Shown piece after piece: positions 8,861-17,623 of a stretch of DNA of 32,000 bases. This stretch comes from Vibrio cholerae ATCC 14035 (GTDB lineage: Bacteria; Pseudomonadota; Gammaproteobacteria; Enterobacterales; Vibrionaceae): the NCBI RefSeq assembly GCF_000621645.1, contig NZ_JHXR01000001.1, positions 240,001-272,000 of the forward strand. The letters run 5' to 3'. Below the pieces are notes generated by a model. The model saw only the letters and a list, made by a program, of their open reading frames with translations, was not told the origin of the DNA and did no database searches. The position numbers were made by a program, and so were the translations under genes. Numbering within the stretch: the stretch's first letter is position 1; every line of letters starts with the position of its first letter.

Positions 8861-8890
8861 AAAGCCGAAGCAGATTGCTTCGGCTTTTTT
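8861..8890 (+). terminator. Rho-independent terminator
   Basis: AAGCCGAAGCA (8862-8872), loop GAT, TGCTTCGGCTT (8876-8886): a perfect 11-bp stem running into a T-tract that ends at 8890. Confidence 0.8.
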
Positions 8891-9069
8891 ATCCGCGGGT
8901 TTTTATCCACTTGAGCTGCCTTCTAACACCTTTGGTAAGCATAGGAAGAAAGGGGACGTTGAGCGAGAGGTTCGGGTTATCTTTCTCCACAACGTCAGCA
9001 CAATAAAACCTAGTGAAAAGGTCAAGTATTTGCTACCGTGCGAGCAAACCATTGATCGCGAGTCTAGTT

Positions 9070-10539
9070 ATGTCAGTGTGGAATGCTGTTCATCTTAGCC
9101 GACGTTTTGCGGCGTTACCCCAAGCTTTTTATACCCCAGTTCATCCTCAGCCTTTGCAAAATGTACGTTGGGGGATGTGGAATAGTCGTTTGGCGCAACA
9201 ATTTGGTTTGCCTGAAGCACCGAATGATGAGTTATTGTTATCGCTGTCAGGGCAGCAGCTACCTGCTGATTTTTCTCCCGTCGCGATGAAATACGCAGGA
9301 CATCAATTTGGGGTGTATAACCCCGATTTAGGCGATGGGCGCGGTTTATTATTGGCGGAAATGGCGACCAAGCAGGGCGAAGTGTTTGATATTCATCTCA
9401 AGGGCGCAGGGCTTACGCCTTATTCACGAATGGGGGATGGGCGAGCGGTGCTGCGTTCATCCCTTCGTGAATATTTGTGCAGTGAAGCGATGGCAGGACT
9501 CGGCATTGCCACGACCCGCGCATTAGCGCTAATGAGTAGTGAAACGCCAGTTTATCGAGAGCGTGAAGAGCGCGGCGCACTCTTGGTACGTTTAGCCCAT
9601 ACCCATGTGCGGTTTGGCCATTTCGAGCATTTCTTTTACACCGATCAGCATGCGAACCTGAAATTACTGGCGGATAAAGTCATCGAATGGCATTTCCCAG
9701 ATTGCGTGCAAACATCGAAACCTTATGCGGCTTGGTTTTCGCAAGTGGTTGAGCGCACTGCACTGATGATTGCGCAGTGGCAAGCGTACGGCTTTAACCA
9801 CGGGGTGATGAATACCGATAATATGTCGATTCTCGGGGAAACCTTTGATTATGGTCCCTTTGCCTTTTTGGATGACTACGATCCGAACTTCATCTGTAAT
9901 CACTCGGATTATCAGGGACGATATGCCTTTGATCAGCAGCCACGCATTGGCCTTTGGAACCTCTCCGCATTAGCGCATGCGCTGTCACCTTTGATCGACA
10001 AAGATGATTTAGAAGCCGCACTGGGGAGTTATTCAGAACGCCTCAATCTGCATTTCAGCCGTTTGATGCGCGCGAAACTTGGTTTAGCGACTCAGCAAGA
10101 GGGGGATGGCGAGTTGTTTGCTGATTTCTTCGCGCTACTGGCCAACAATCACACCGATTACACGCGCTTTTTACGCGAGCTCTCCTGTCTGGATCGGCAA
10201 GGAAACGAGGCGGTGATCGATTTGGTGTTAGATCGCGAAGCGGCTAAGACCTGGTTAACCCGTTATCTTGAGCGCGCTGCTCGTGAGTTAGGTCAAGAGG
10301 GGCGACCCATCAGCATCCGTGAGCGCTGCCAAGCCATGCGCCAAGTGAACCCGAAATACATCTTGCGTAACTACCTTGCGCAGCAAGCAATTGAGTTTGC
10401 TGAACGAGGCGATTTTGAGGAAATGCAACGCTTAGCCACTGTGTTGGCTAGCCCTTATGCCGAGCATCCCGAGTTTGAACGTTACGCAAAGTTACCGCCA
10501 GAATGGGGGAAAAAACTGGAGATCAGTTGTTCTTCCTAA
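9070..10539 (+). CDS. selO: Protein adenylyltransferase SelO (YdiU family pseudokinase-fold AMPylase/UMPylase)
   Basis: 489 aa from the ATG at 9070 ([29 protein letters not shown]...). Family-typical [21 protein letters not shown] and ETFDYGP motifs. The track start at 9013 is a GTG extension. Confidence 0.9.
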   Translation: MSVWNAVHLSRRFAALPQAFYTPVHPQPLQNVRWGMWNSRLAQQFGLPEAPNDELLLSLSGQQLPADFSPVAMKYAGHQFGVYNPDLGDGRGLLLAEMATKQGEVFDIHLKGAGLTPYSRMGDGRAVLRSSLREYLCSEAMAGLGIATTRALALMSSETPVYREREERGALLVRLAHTHVRFGHFEHFFYTDQHANLKLLADKVIEWHFPDCVQTSKPYAAWFSQVVERTALMIAQWQAYGFNHGVMNTDNMSILGETFDYGPFAFLDDYDPNFICNHSDYQGRYAFDQQPRIGLWNLSALAHALSPLIDKDDLEAALGSYSERLNLHFSRLMRAKLGLATQQEGDGELFADFFALLANNHTDYTRFLRELSCLDRQGNEAVIDLVLDREAAKTWLTRYLERAARELGQEGRPISIRERCQAMRQVNPKYILRNYLAQQAIEFAERGDFEEMQRLATVLASPYAEHPEFERYAKLPPEWGKKLEISCSS

Positions 10540-10583
10540 GGCCGGTTATGTATGGGTGGAAAGTGACCCATTACTGAAATTGG

Positions 10584-10609
10584 ATGGGTGGATTTCCACC
10601 CATTTTTTA
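10584..10609 (+). terminator. Rho-independent terminator after selO
   Basis: ATGGGTGGA (10584-10592) pairs with TCCACCCAT (10595-10603), followed by TTTTTT. A weaker related hairpin sits at about 10552-10571. Confidence 0.85.
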
Positions 10610-10697
10610 TGGCAGAAACCTCGAACACAAGAGAGGAATGCCATCACTGGTTTTACAAGTTACTGATTTTAAATAAATGTTAGTTTTGTGTAATGAA

Positions 10698-10713
10698 TGG
10701 CGCGCAAGTTGCT
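10698..10713 (+). promoter_or_regulatory. Sigma-54 (-24/-12) promoter of dctPQM
   Basis: TGGCGC-GCAAG-TTGCT against the consensus TGGCAC-N5-TTGCW. It lies about 58 nt upstream of the dctP ATG. A sigma-54 activator (DctD) is encoded in the same locus. Confidence 0.75.
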
Positions 10714-10770
10714 TTGGTATGGGTACGCAGTCCAATGATGGGCTGAAAAATCCAACCAAGGAGAATAAGA

Positions 10771-11769
10771 ATGTTCAAGCCGCTTACCCTAATTGCCGCT
10801 TCTATCCTCGCTGTCACAAGCTTTAATGCTGCCGCTAATTGTGACCCAGGCGAAATCGTGATCAAGTTCAGCCATGTGACCAATACCGACAAACACCCGA
10901 AAGGGATTGCGGCATCACTGCTGGAAAAACGCGTCAACGAAGAGATGAACGGTAAAGCCTGTATGCAGGTGTTCCCTAACTCAACGCTGTACGATGATGA
11001 CAAAGTGTTAGAAGCCTTGCTCAACGGCGACGTACAACTGGCGGCACCTTCGCTGTCTAAATTTGAAAAATTCACCAAAAAGTACCGTATTTTTGACCTG
11101 CCTTTCCTTTTTGAAGATGTGGATGCCGTTGACCGTTTCCAAAGTTCCGCCAAGGGCGAAGAGCTGAAAAATGCCATGACTCGCCGTGGTGTAAAAGGCT
11201 TGGAGTTCTGGCACAACGGGATGAAGCAGATCTCTGCCAACAAGCCAATTCTGGTGCCTGCGGATGCCAAAGGGTTGAAATTCCGTGTACAAGCGTCCGA
11301 TGTGTTGGTGGCTCAGTTTGAGCAGATCGGTGCTAACCCACAGAAAATGTCGTTTGCGGAAACCTACGGCGGTTTACAAACCAAAGTCATTGATGGACAA
11401 GAAAATACTTGGTCAAACATCTACGGACAAAAGTACTTTGAAGTACAAGATGGCACCACCGAAACCAACCACGGCATTCTGGATTACCTCGTGGTGACCT
11501 CAAGTAAATGGTGGGATGGCTTACCTGCAGATGTTCGAGATCAGTTTGCCAAGATCCTCAATGAAGTCACGATTGAGCGCAACGCAGAATCCAACAAAGT
11601 GGAAGAGCTCAATAAGCAGTACATCATTGAAGCGGGCGGTGTCGTACGCACTCTGACTCCAGAGCAGCGTCAGCAATGGGTCGATGCACTCAAACCGGTA
11701 TGGCAGAAGTTTGAGAAAGACATCGGTGCTGATCTGATTGAAGCCGCTCTGGCAGCTAACCAGAAGTAA
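10771..11769 (+). CDS. dctP: TRAP transporter substrate-binding subunit DctP (C4-dicarboxylate type)
   Basis: 332 aa. Signal peptide MFKPLTLIAASILAVTSFNAAA. DctP-family sequence. AAGGAG SD. Followed by the Q and M subunits. Confidence 0.9.
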   Translation: MFKPLTLIAASILAVTSFNAAANCDPGEIVIKFSHVTNTDKHPKGIAASLLEKRVNEEMNGKACMQVFPNSTLYDDDKVLEALLNGDVQLAAPSLSKFEKFTKKYRIFDLPFLFEDVDAVDRFQSSAKGEELKNAMTRRGVKGLEFWHNGMKQISANKPILVPADAKGLKFRVQASDVLVAQFEQIGANPQKMSFAETYGGLQTKVIDGQENTWSNIYGQKYFEVQDGTTETNHGILDYLVVTSSKWWDGLPADVRDQFAKILNEVTIERNAESNKVEELNKQYIIEAGGVVRTLTPEQRQQWVDALKPVWQKFEKDIGADLIEAALAANQK

Positions 11770-11778
11770 CCTTTATTT

Positions 11779-11798
11779 GGCCCCATCACGGTGGGGCC
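11779..11798 (+). promoter_or_regulatory. Intercistronic hairpin after dctP (possible partial attenuator or mRNA-stabilising element)
   Basis: GGCCCCA (11779-11785), 6-nt loop, TGGGGCC (11792-11798), then GTTTGTCTGTT. Located in the dctP-dctQ spacer. Confidence 0.45.
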
Positions 11799-11827
11799 GT
11801 TTGTCTGTTCGTCACACTATTAGAGCG

Positions 11828-12499
11828 ATGTATCACATGGAACAGTCATGGTTTTCGAGAGTCGGCCAGTTTACCGACTCGATTGAAGAATTTCTGATCG
11901 CGTTTTTTATGGGCGCGATGACGCTACTGACCTTTGCAAACGTCATCATGCGTTATCTATTCAACGACAACATTCTCTGGGCGCTTGAGGGAACAGTATT
12001 TATGTTCGCTTGGATGGTGCTTATCGGGGCTTCATTTGGGGTAAAACGCCACTTTCATATTGGTGTCGATGTGCTGATCAATATCGCACCAGCACGATTG
12101 CGTAAGCTGTATGCATTGGTTGCTGTGGCCTGCTGTTTGGCATTTTCAATCCTCTTACTGATCGGTTCTTGGAACTACTGGTACCCCTTTATTAGCGAAC
12201 GTGCATGGTATGAAACCGATGATATTCCCATGCCTGAAATGCTGCAGTTTCTGGCGGATTGGTTCAATGAAGGTGAGCGCTATGAAAAGCTGCCGCGCTT
12301 TATCCCTTATGCCGCTCTGCCGATAGGTATGGCGCTGCTGACTTTCCGGTTTCTGCAGATCGCTTGGCAAATTCTCACTGGCAAACTGGATCGCATGATT
12401 GCCGGTCATGAAGCCGAAGAAGATTTAGAAGCACTGAAAGCGGAGCTTTCAGAAGCGGGTGAGGCAATGATGCCTAAGACTCAAGGCAAGGAGAAGTAA
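11828..12499 (+). CDS. dctQ: TRAP transporter small permease subunit DctQ
   Basis: 223 aa from the ATG at 11828 (alternative ATG at 11837). Four TM segments plus a charged C-terminal tail. The track start at 11738 overlaps dctP and the hairpin, so it is unlikely. Confidence 0.85.
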   Translation: MYHMEQSWFSRVGQFTDSIEEFLIAFFMGAMTLLTFANVIMRYLFNDNILWALEGTVFMFAWMVLIGASFGVKRHFHIGVDVLINIAPARLRKLYALVAVACCLAFSILLLIGSWNYWYPFISERAWYETDDIPMPEMLQFLADWFNEGERYEKLPRFIPYAALPIGMALLTFRFLQIAWQILTGKLDRMIAGHEAEEDLEALKAELSEAGEAMMPKTQGKEK

Positions 12500-12502
12500 G
12501 CC

Positions 12503-13864
12503 ATGGCCGTTGCACTGTTATTTATTCTGGTTATCGGCATGATGATTGTTGGCGTGCCGATTGCTATCTCGCTGGGCTTATCCAGTATTTTGTTCCTATT
12601 GTGGCACTCGGATGCCTCTTTAGCTTCGGTTGCACAAACCCTGTTTAACGCGTTTGCTGGCCACTACACTTTATTGGCGATCCCGTTTTTTATTCTCGCC
12701 TCAACGTTTATGTCTACTGGCGGTGTGGCTAAACGAATCATCCGTTTTGCGATTGCTATGGTTGGCTGGTTCCGCGGCGGTTTAGCGATTGCTTCTGTGG
12801 TCGCCTGTATGATGTTTGCGGCGCTCTCGGGCTCATCTCCGGCAACGGTGGTTGCCATCGGCAGTATCGTGATTGCGGGCATGGTCAAAAACGGCTACAG
12901 CAAAGAGTTTGCGGCGGGGGTGATTTGTAACGCAGGAACCTTGGGTATTTTGATCCCCCCTTCGATTGTGATGGTGGTGTACTCAGCGGCGACCAACGTT
13001 TCGGTTGGCCGCATGTTCTTAGGTGGTGTTGTCCCAGGCTTATTGGCTGGTCTAATGTTGATCATCGCGATTTACATTACCGCGCGGATAAAAAATCTAC
13101 CCAAGCAGCCCTTTGTTGGCTGGAAAGAAGCGCTGAAAGCAGCCAAAGAGGCAAGCTGGGGCTTATTGTTGGTGGTGATTATTCTCGGTGGGATCTACGG
13201 TGGGATCTTTACCCCAACAGAAGCGGCAGCAGTGGCGGCGGTGTACTCCTTTTTTATCGCCAACTTCATCTATCGTGACATGGGGCCGTTTGCGGATAAG
13301 ACCAATACCAAACCGGTACTAGTCAAAGTAGTGGAAACCTTTGTCCACAAAGACACCAAAGCGACCTTGTATGATGCAGGTAAGCTGACCATCATGCTGA
13401 TGTTCATCATTGCTAACGCGCTTATCTTAAAACATGTACTCACCGAAGAGCGCATCCCGCAGATGATCACTGAATCCATGCTGTCTGCTGGGCTTGGGCC
13501 AATTACCTTCTTGATTGTCGTGAACCTGATCTTGTTGGTGGGTGGTCAGTTTATGGAGCCATCGGGTCTTCTGGTTATCGTCGCTCCCTTGGTATTCCCG
13601 ATTGCGATTGCATTGGGCATCGACCCTATCCATCTCGGCATCATGATGGTAGTGAACATGGAGATTGGCATGATCACGCCGCCCGTCGGCTTAAACCTGT
13701 TTGTGACCTCTGGGGTAGCCAAGATGTCGATGATGAATGTGGTTAAAGCTGCACTGCCTTGGGTGGGCGTCATGTTCCTCTTCCTCATTATTGTCACTTA
13801 TGTGCCTTGGGTATCCACTTGGTTACCGACACTCTTGATGGGGCCGGAAATCATCACTCGCTAG
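12503..13864 (+). CDS. dctM: TRAP transporter large permease subunit DctM
   Basis: 453 aa polytopic membrane protein of the DctM family. Starts 3 nt after the dctQ stop, with an AAGGAGAAG SD. Confidence 0.9.
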   Translation: MAVALLFILVIGMMIVGVPIAISLGLSSILFLLWHSDASLASVAQTLFNAFAGHYTLLAIPFFILASTFMSTGGVAKRIIRFAIAMVGWFRGGLAIASVVACMMFAALSGSSPATVVAIGSIVIAGMVKNGYSKEFAAGVICNAGTLGILIPPSIVMVVYSAATNVSVGRMFLGGVVPGLLAGLMLIIAIYITARIKNLPKQPFVGWKEALKAAKEASWGLLLVVIILGGIYGGIFTPTEAAAVAAVYSFFIANFIYRDMGPFADKTNTKPVLVKVVETFVHKDTKATLYDAGKLTIMLMFIIANALILKHVLTEERIPQMITESMLSAGLGPITFLIVVNLILLVGGQFMEPSGLLVIVAPLVFPIAIALGIDPIHLGIMMVVNMEIGMITPPVGLNLFVTSGVAKMSMMNVVKAALPWVGVMFLFLIIVTYVPWVSTWLPTLLMGPEIITR

Positions 13865-13902
13865 CGCTTAATTCGATAATGCTTACGTTTGCCAAATAAC
13901 GA

Positions 13903-13936
13903 CAAGCCCTTCGCATGCGAAGGGCTTGGTTTTTTT
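13903..13936. terminator. Bidirectional terminator between the convergent dctM and dctD genes
   Basis: Perfect 26-nt palindrome CAAGCCCTTCGCA/TGCGAAGGGCTTG (13903-13928) followed by GTTTTTTT on the + strand. The T-tract on the minus strand is weaker. Confidence 0.8.
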
Positions 13937-13988
13937 ATGCCGACCTTTAATCTGAGACCTAGACTTTTAACCAGAACGCGGGATGGTT

Positions 13989-15329
13989 TCAGGGTTTGTA
14001 ACTCTCTTTATCGAGCTGATATTTCTGCATTTTGTCATACAAGGTTTTACGTGGAAGGTGGAGACGCTCCATGGTGGCTTTAATGCTGCCACCACACTCA
14101 ATCAGCGTCTGCTCCAAAATTGACTTCTCAAACTCCGCGACTTGTTCATTCAGTCCGAGTAATTTGGATTTTGGCTCATGGCTTTCAGCAAATTGCGCCA
14201 ACTTACCGAGTAACACGTAGCGCTCTGCGGCATTACGCAATTCCCGCACGTTGCCCGGCCAATCGTGACTAAGCAAGCTTTGCACATCGGAGGCCGTCAG
14301 TGCTGTAGCCGCTTTACCATAACGTGCGGCAGCGACCAGTAAGAAATGGTGGAAAAGGGCAGGAATGTCCTCTCTGCGCTCACGCAGCGGTGGGATCGTT
14401 AAGGTGACAATGTTGAGCCGATAGTAGAGATCTTGCCGAAATTTCCCTTCGGCAGCGGCTTGTTTTAAATCGATTTTAGTGGCGGCAATCACCCGAATAT
14501 CAAGGGGAATGAGTTCATTCGAGCCAATCCGTTCGATCACTCGCTCTTGCAGCACACGCAGCAGACGGATCTGCGCTTGCATCGGCATCGATTCAATCTC
14601 ATCCAGAAACAGAGTGCCACCTTGAGCATGCTCAAACTTACCCACTCGACGGCTGTCTGCCCCCGTAAACGCGCCTTTTTCATGGCCGTACAGCTCGCTC
14701 TCAATCAAGTTCTCCGGCACCGCACCACAGTTAATCGCAACAAAATTCTGTTCACGGCGCGAGCTCTGTTCATGCAGTGAACGGGCAACCAACTCCTTGC
14801 CGGTTCCTGTTTCACCAAACAATAAAATATCCGCTTGGGTATCCGCCACTTGGGCAATGGTATCGCGCAGAGTTTGAATGGCGGCGGTTTCACCAATAAT
14901 TAGCGGGCCTAGGGTTTGGCTGACTTTTAAACTGCGTTTTAGCTGACGGTTTTCCAAAGTAAGGCGACGTTTTTCGATGGCACGGTGCACCGTGTCAATC
15001 AACCTCTCAGGCGCAAAGGGCTTTTCAATAAAATCGTAAGCACCATCATGCATCGCTTTGACCGCCATCGAAATATCGCCATGTCCAGTGATAAGAATGA
15101 CAGGCAGTTCACTGTCTTGATGCAATACGGAGCTCAGTAAATTCTGTCCACTTAAACCGGGTAAGCAGATATCACTGACGATCACCAATGGGAGTCCTTG
15201 CGCCTTGATTGCCAGCAGTGCCTCTTCGACACTGGCAAAAAACTGCGCGTTGAGGTCGGCCAATTCGAAACTTTGAGCGAGCGCAATGCGGATATCGCTC
15301 TCATCATCAATCAAAAATACATCACACAT
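13989..15329 (-). CDS. dctD: Sigma-54-dependent response regulator DctD (NtrC family)
   Basis: 446 aa. Receiver domain (VSDICLPG), AAA+ domain with Walker A GETGTGKE and the sigma-54 contact motif GAFTGA, and a C-terminal HTH. Starts 2 nt after the dctB stop. Confidence 0.9.
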   Translation of the reverse strand: MCDVFLIDDESDIRIALAQSFELADLNAQFFASVEEALLAIKAQGLPLVIVSDICLPGLSGQNLLSSVLHQDSELPVILITGHGDISMAVKAMHDGAYDFIEKPFAPERLIDTVHRAIEKRRLTLENRQLKRSLKVSQTLGPLIIGETAAIQTLRDTIAQVADTQADILLFGETGTGKELVARSLHEQSSRREQNFVAINCGAVPENLIESELYGHEKGAFTGADSRRVGKFEHAQGGTLFLDEIESMPMQAQIRLLRVLQERVIERIGSNELIPLDIRVIAATKIDLKQAAAEGKFRQDLYYRLNIVTLTIPPLRERREDIPALFHHFLLVAAARYGKAATALTASDVQSLLSHDWPGNVRELRNAAERYVLLGKLAQFAESHEPKSKLLGLNEQVAEFEKSILEQTLIECGGSIKATMERLHLPRKTLYDKMQKYQLDKESYKP

Positions 15330-15331
15330 GG

Positions 15332-17125
15332 TTAGTCCATATTGAGAGGTGTGAAACGAGGCAGGGTGATGGTAAAGCGCGCTCCACCTAGTGGTGAAGT
15401 CGCCACGCTCAATGTTCCCTGCATGCTGTGCAAAATTTGTTGTGAGATAGAAAGTCCAAGCCCTAAACCATTCTTTTTCGTGGTGTGGAAGGGTTCAAAC
15501 AGATGGGGCAAGGTTTCAATGCCAACACTGGGGCCATTATCATCAACGAAAAGGGCTATTTGCTGTTCAGAGGTTTGCAGACGAATTTGAACCACGCGCT
15601 CCGCTTGTCCCTCTAACGCTTGCAGCGCATTGGTGAGCAGATTAATCAGCACTTGTTCTAACTGGATGGGATTGACGCGTACCCAAACGGGCGTTTCGAG
15701 GTCGCACAGCTCTAACAAAGTCATCTGCGCTTTAAATTGCCCAGTCATCAACTCTTTGGCCGACAAAATCAACGGGTACAACTGCACGTCTTGCTGCTCA
15801 TTGGAAGTGGATTTTCGGGCGAAAGATTTAAGCTGCTCACTGATTTTCGCCATGCGCTCCGTCAGTGCGGAAATACGCGAGAGATTTTCTTCAGCGCGTT
15901 CAGGCTTGTTGGTGGCAAGGAAACGGCGGCCGTTATCGGCAAAACTGCGGATCGCCGCCAGCGGATTGTTCAGCTCGTGGCTAATACTGGCCGACATTTG
16001 GCCGAGCACTGCCAGTTTCGCCGCTTGGATCAGCTCATCTTGTGTTTGGCGCAGCGCGTGCTCGGTTTTGATCCGTTCAGCAATTTCCGCATGCAATTTG
16101 GCGGTGCGCTCCATCACCTCAAATTCAAGCTTCTGCTTGGTCTCTTGCTGCAGTTGCTCGATTTGCCGCTGACGCAGCTGCCGGTGATGCCACAGTTGAA
16201 AACCCAAATACACAATCGCAAACAACATGCAGAGAATAATCACTAAGCCAAACGCCGACCAAAAGAGTTCGATTTTCGGTGAAAGCACGCGAATGGTCAG
16301 GGCAAGTTCAGGAAGCGGGCGACTCGAAACAATGTAGTCATCTTGCAGCCAATGTTTTTCAGGCTTGCGCCATTCGCTTTGCTCCGCTTGCAAGTCGCCC
16401 TGCCAGCCGAGGGAAGGAATAGGGCTGTCTAAATATTGCTGGCTTTGGCGAATGTCGTTGAGCTGTGCGGGAAATAAATCTGCAACGCTATGAAACAGCC
16501 AAGCAGGTTGGCTCGACATAAACACCACTTGATGATCATCAGTCGCCACAAAATAGCTGCTCTTGCTTTGCCAGCCCTGCTCAATGGCCGACAAATCCAT
16601 TTTGACCACGATAACCCCTAAGATTTCCGCCGCATAAATCACTGGATAAGCGTAATAGTAGCCGCGTTGTCCTGAGGTTGACCCCAGCGCAAAATATTGG
16701 CTTTTTTGACCCGCAATGGAGAGGTAAAAATAAGGTCGCCATGCAAAGTTGCGTCCGATAAAAGAGCGATCCAAATTCCAGTTACTGGATGCGATCGTGT
16801 TGCCAAAGCGGTCGATCAAATAGGTATCTGCGGCTTGGATGACTTCATTGACTTGCTCTAAATAGCGATTGGTGATGTCGATTTGCGCCGAATTTTGTGC
16901 CGAGAGCAGTGCATCCACCAACTCTTTATCTTTAGAAATCAGATGGGGAATGTGGGCGTATTTATCTAAAGTCGCAACGATATGGCTTGAAAAACGATCA
17001 AGCTGCGACTGATGCTCATTGAGCAGCGCTTGATACTGGAAACGCCAGTATAAGTGCGTGCTCATGCTCACCAGCACAATAAACATGACCCACAACATCA
17101 AGCTGAGACGACGAATGGATGGCAT
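15332..17125 (-). CDS. dctB: Sensor histidine kinase DctB (C4-dicarboxylate sensor type)
   Basis: 597 aa. Two TM segments flank a periplasmic sensor domain. H-box SASISHELNNPLAAI, N-box LINLLTNALQA, G-boxes DNGPSV and GLGLGLSIS. Confidence 0.88.
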   Translation of the reverse strand: MPSIRRLSLMLWVMFIVLVSMSTHLYWRFQYQALLNEHQSQLDRFSSHIVATLDKYAHIPHLISKDKELVDALLSAQNSAQIDITNRYLEQVNEVIQAADTYLIDRFGNTIASSNWNLDRSFIGRNFAWRPYFYLSIAGQKSQYFALGSTSGQRGYYYAYPVIYAAEILGVIVVKMDLSAIEQGWQSKSSYFVATDDHQVVFMSSQPAWLFHSVADLFPAQLNDIRQSQQYLDSPIPSLGWQGDLQAEQSEWRKPEKHWLQDDYIVSSRPLPELALTIRVLSPKIELFWSAFGLVIILCMLFAIVYLGFQLWHHRQLRQRQIEQLQQETKQKLEFEVMERTAKLHAEIAERIKTEHALRQTQDELIQAAKLAVLGQMSASISHELNNPLAAIRSFADNGRRFLATNKPERAEENLSRISALTERMAKISEQLKSFARKSTSNEQQDVQLYPLILSAKELMTGQFKAQMTLLELCDLETPVWVRVNPIQLEQVLINLLTNALQALEGQAERVVQIRLQTSEQQIALFVDDNGPSVGIETLPHLFEPFHTTKKNGLGLGLSISQQILHSMQGTLSVATSPLGGARFTITLPRFTPLNMD

Positions 17126-17623
17126 CCTTGGCTCTTATCAACAAATCCTTTCGTTACATCATACTGAGAATGCACAGCCGAAGCGTCTAAAAAGATCGCA
17201 ATCTCGGTCTGCAAAACAAGAGCAAGATCTCTTTTTACGCTTTTCAATAAAAAAAAGCCTCGATTCCATTGAAAAAGCCTATATTGTCCCCATTTCAGAG
17301 TCGCTATCGGTTTCCTTTTGGTGGAATTTTTAGCACTTGATTGGGTTTTCAGGAGATTGGCTTGACTCTGACCGGGGATTAACTCGACAGCTCCGGCTGT
17401 GGTCGTTAGAATGTCGCGTCTGAAATTTGGTCCTGAGACTAATCGGAGATACCTTTGCCAAAAGATATCGCTCATTAGTCTGGTTTTCTGGTGATTCGCT
17501 TGAAAGCCGATGCTCAATATTTACATATCAGTGTTCAATCGGGCACAACACAAGGATGCAGCCACACGTCGTGTTGGCTCATGACGCTCAGGAACCCTGA
17601 GCCAGTTTTGAGGTTTAGAAATA

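Noticed and set aside
9013-9069. Upstream GTG or TTG extensions proposed by the ORF track for selO (9013), lon (21116), cmk (26585), ihfB (29310), dctQ (11738), the CDP-alcohol transferase (6030) and the GADEF-EAL gene (8076).
   Set aside because: In each case an internal ATG with an SD yields the N-terminus and length typical of the family. The extensions overlap upstream genes, terminators or SD sequences.
10680-11292. Minus-strand ORFs of 196 aa and 94 aa overlapping dctP and its sigma-54 promoter.
   Set aside because: They are antisense to the well-supported dctP gene. The translations have no domain features, and one would start inside dctP and run through the promoter.
15630-16246. Two overlapping + strand ORFs (180 aa and 169 aa) inside dctB.
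   Set aside because: These are shadow ORFs antisense to a clearly identified histidine kinase. They have low-complexity Ser, Cys and Arg-rich translations and no ribosome-binding sites.
17098-17517. 139-aa minus-strand ORF and 91-aa + strand ORF (17058-17333) in the dctB-tig intergenic region.
   Set aside because: Both overlap the dctB start. Neither has an SD, and the translations are basic and low-complexity with no recognisable motifs. I treat the region as non-coding (see the finding on 17126-17623).
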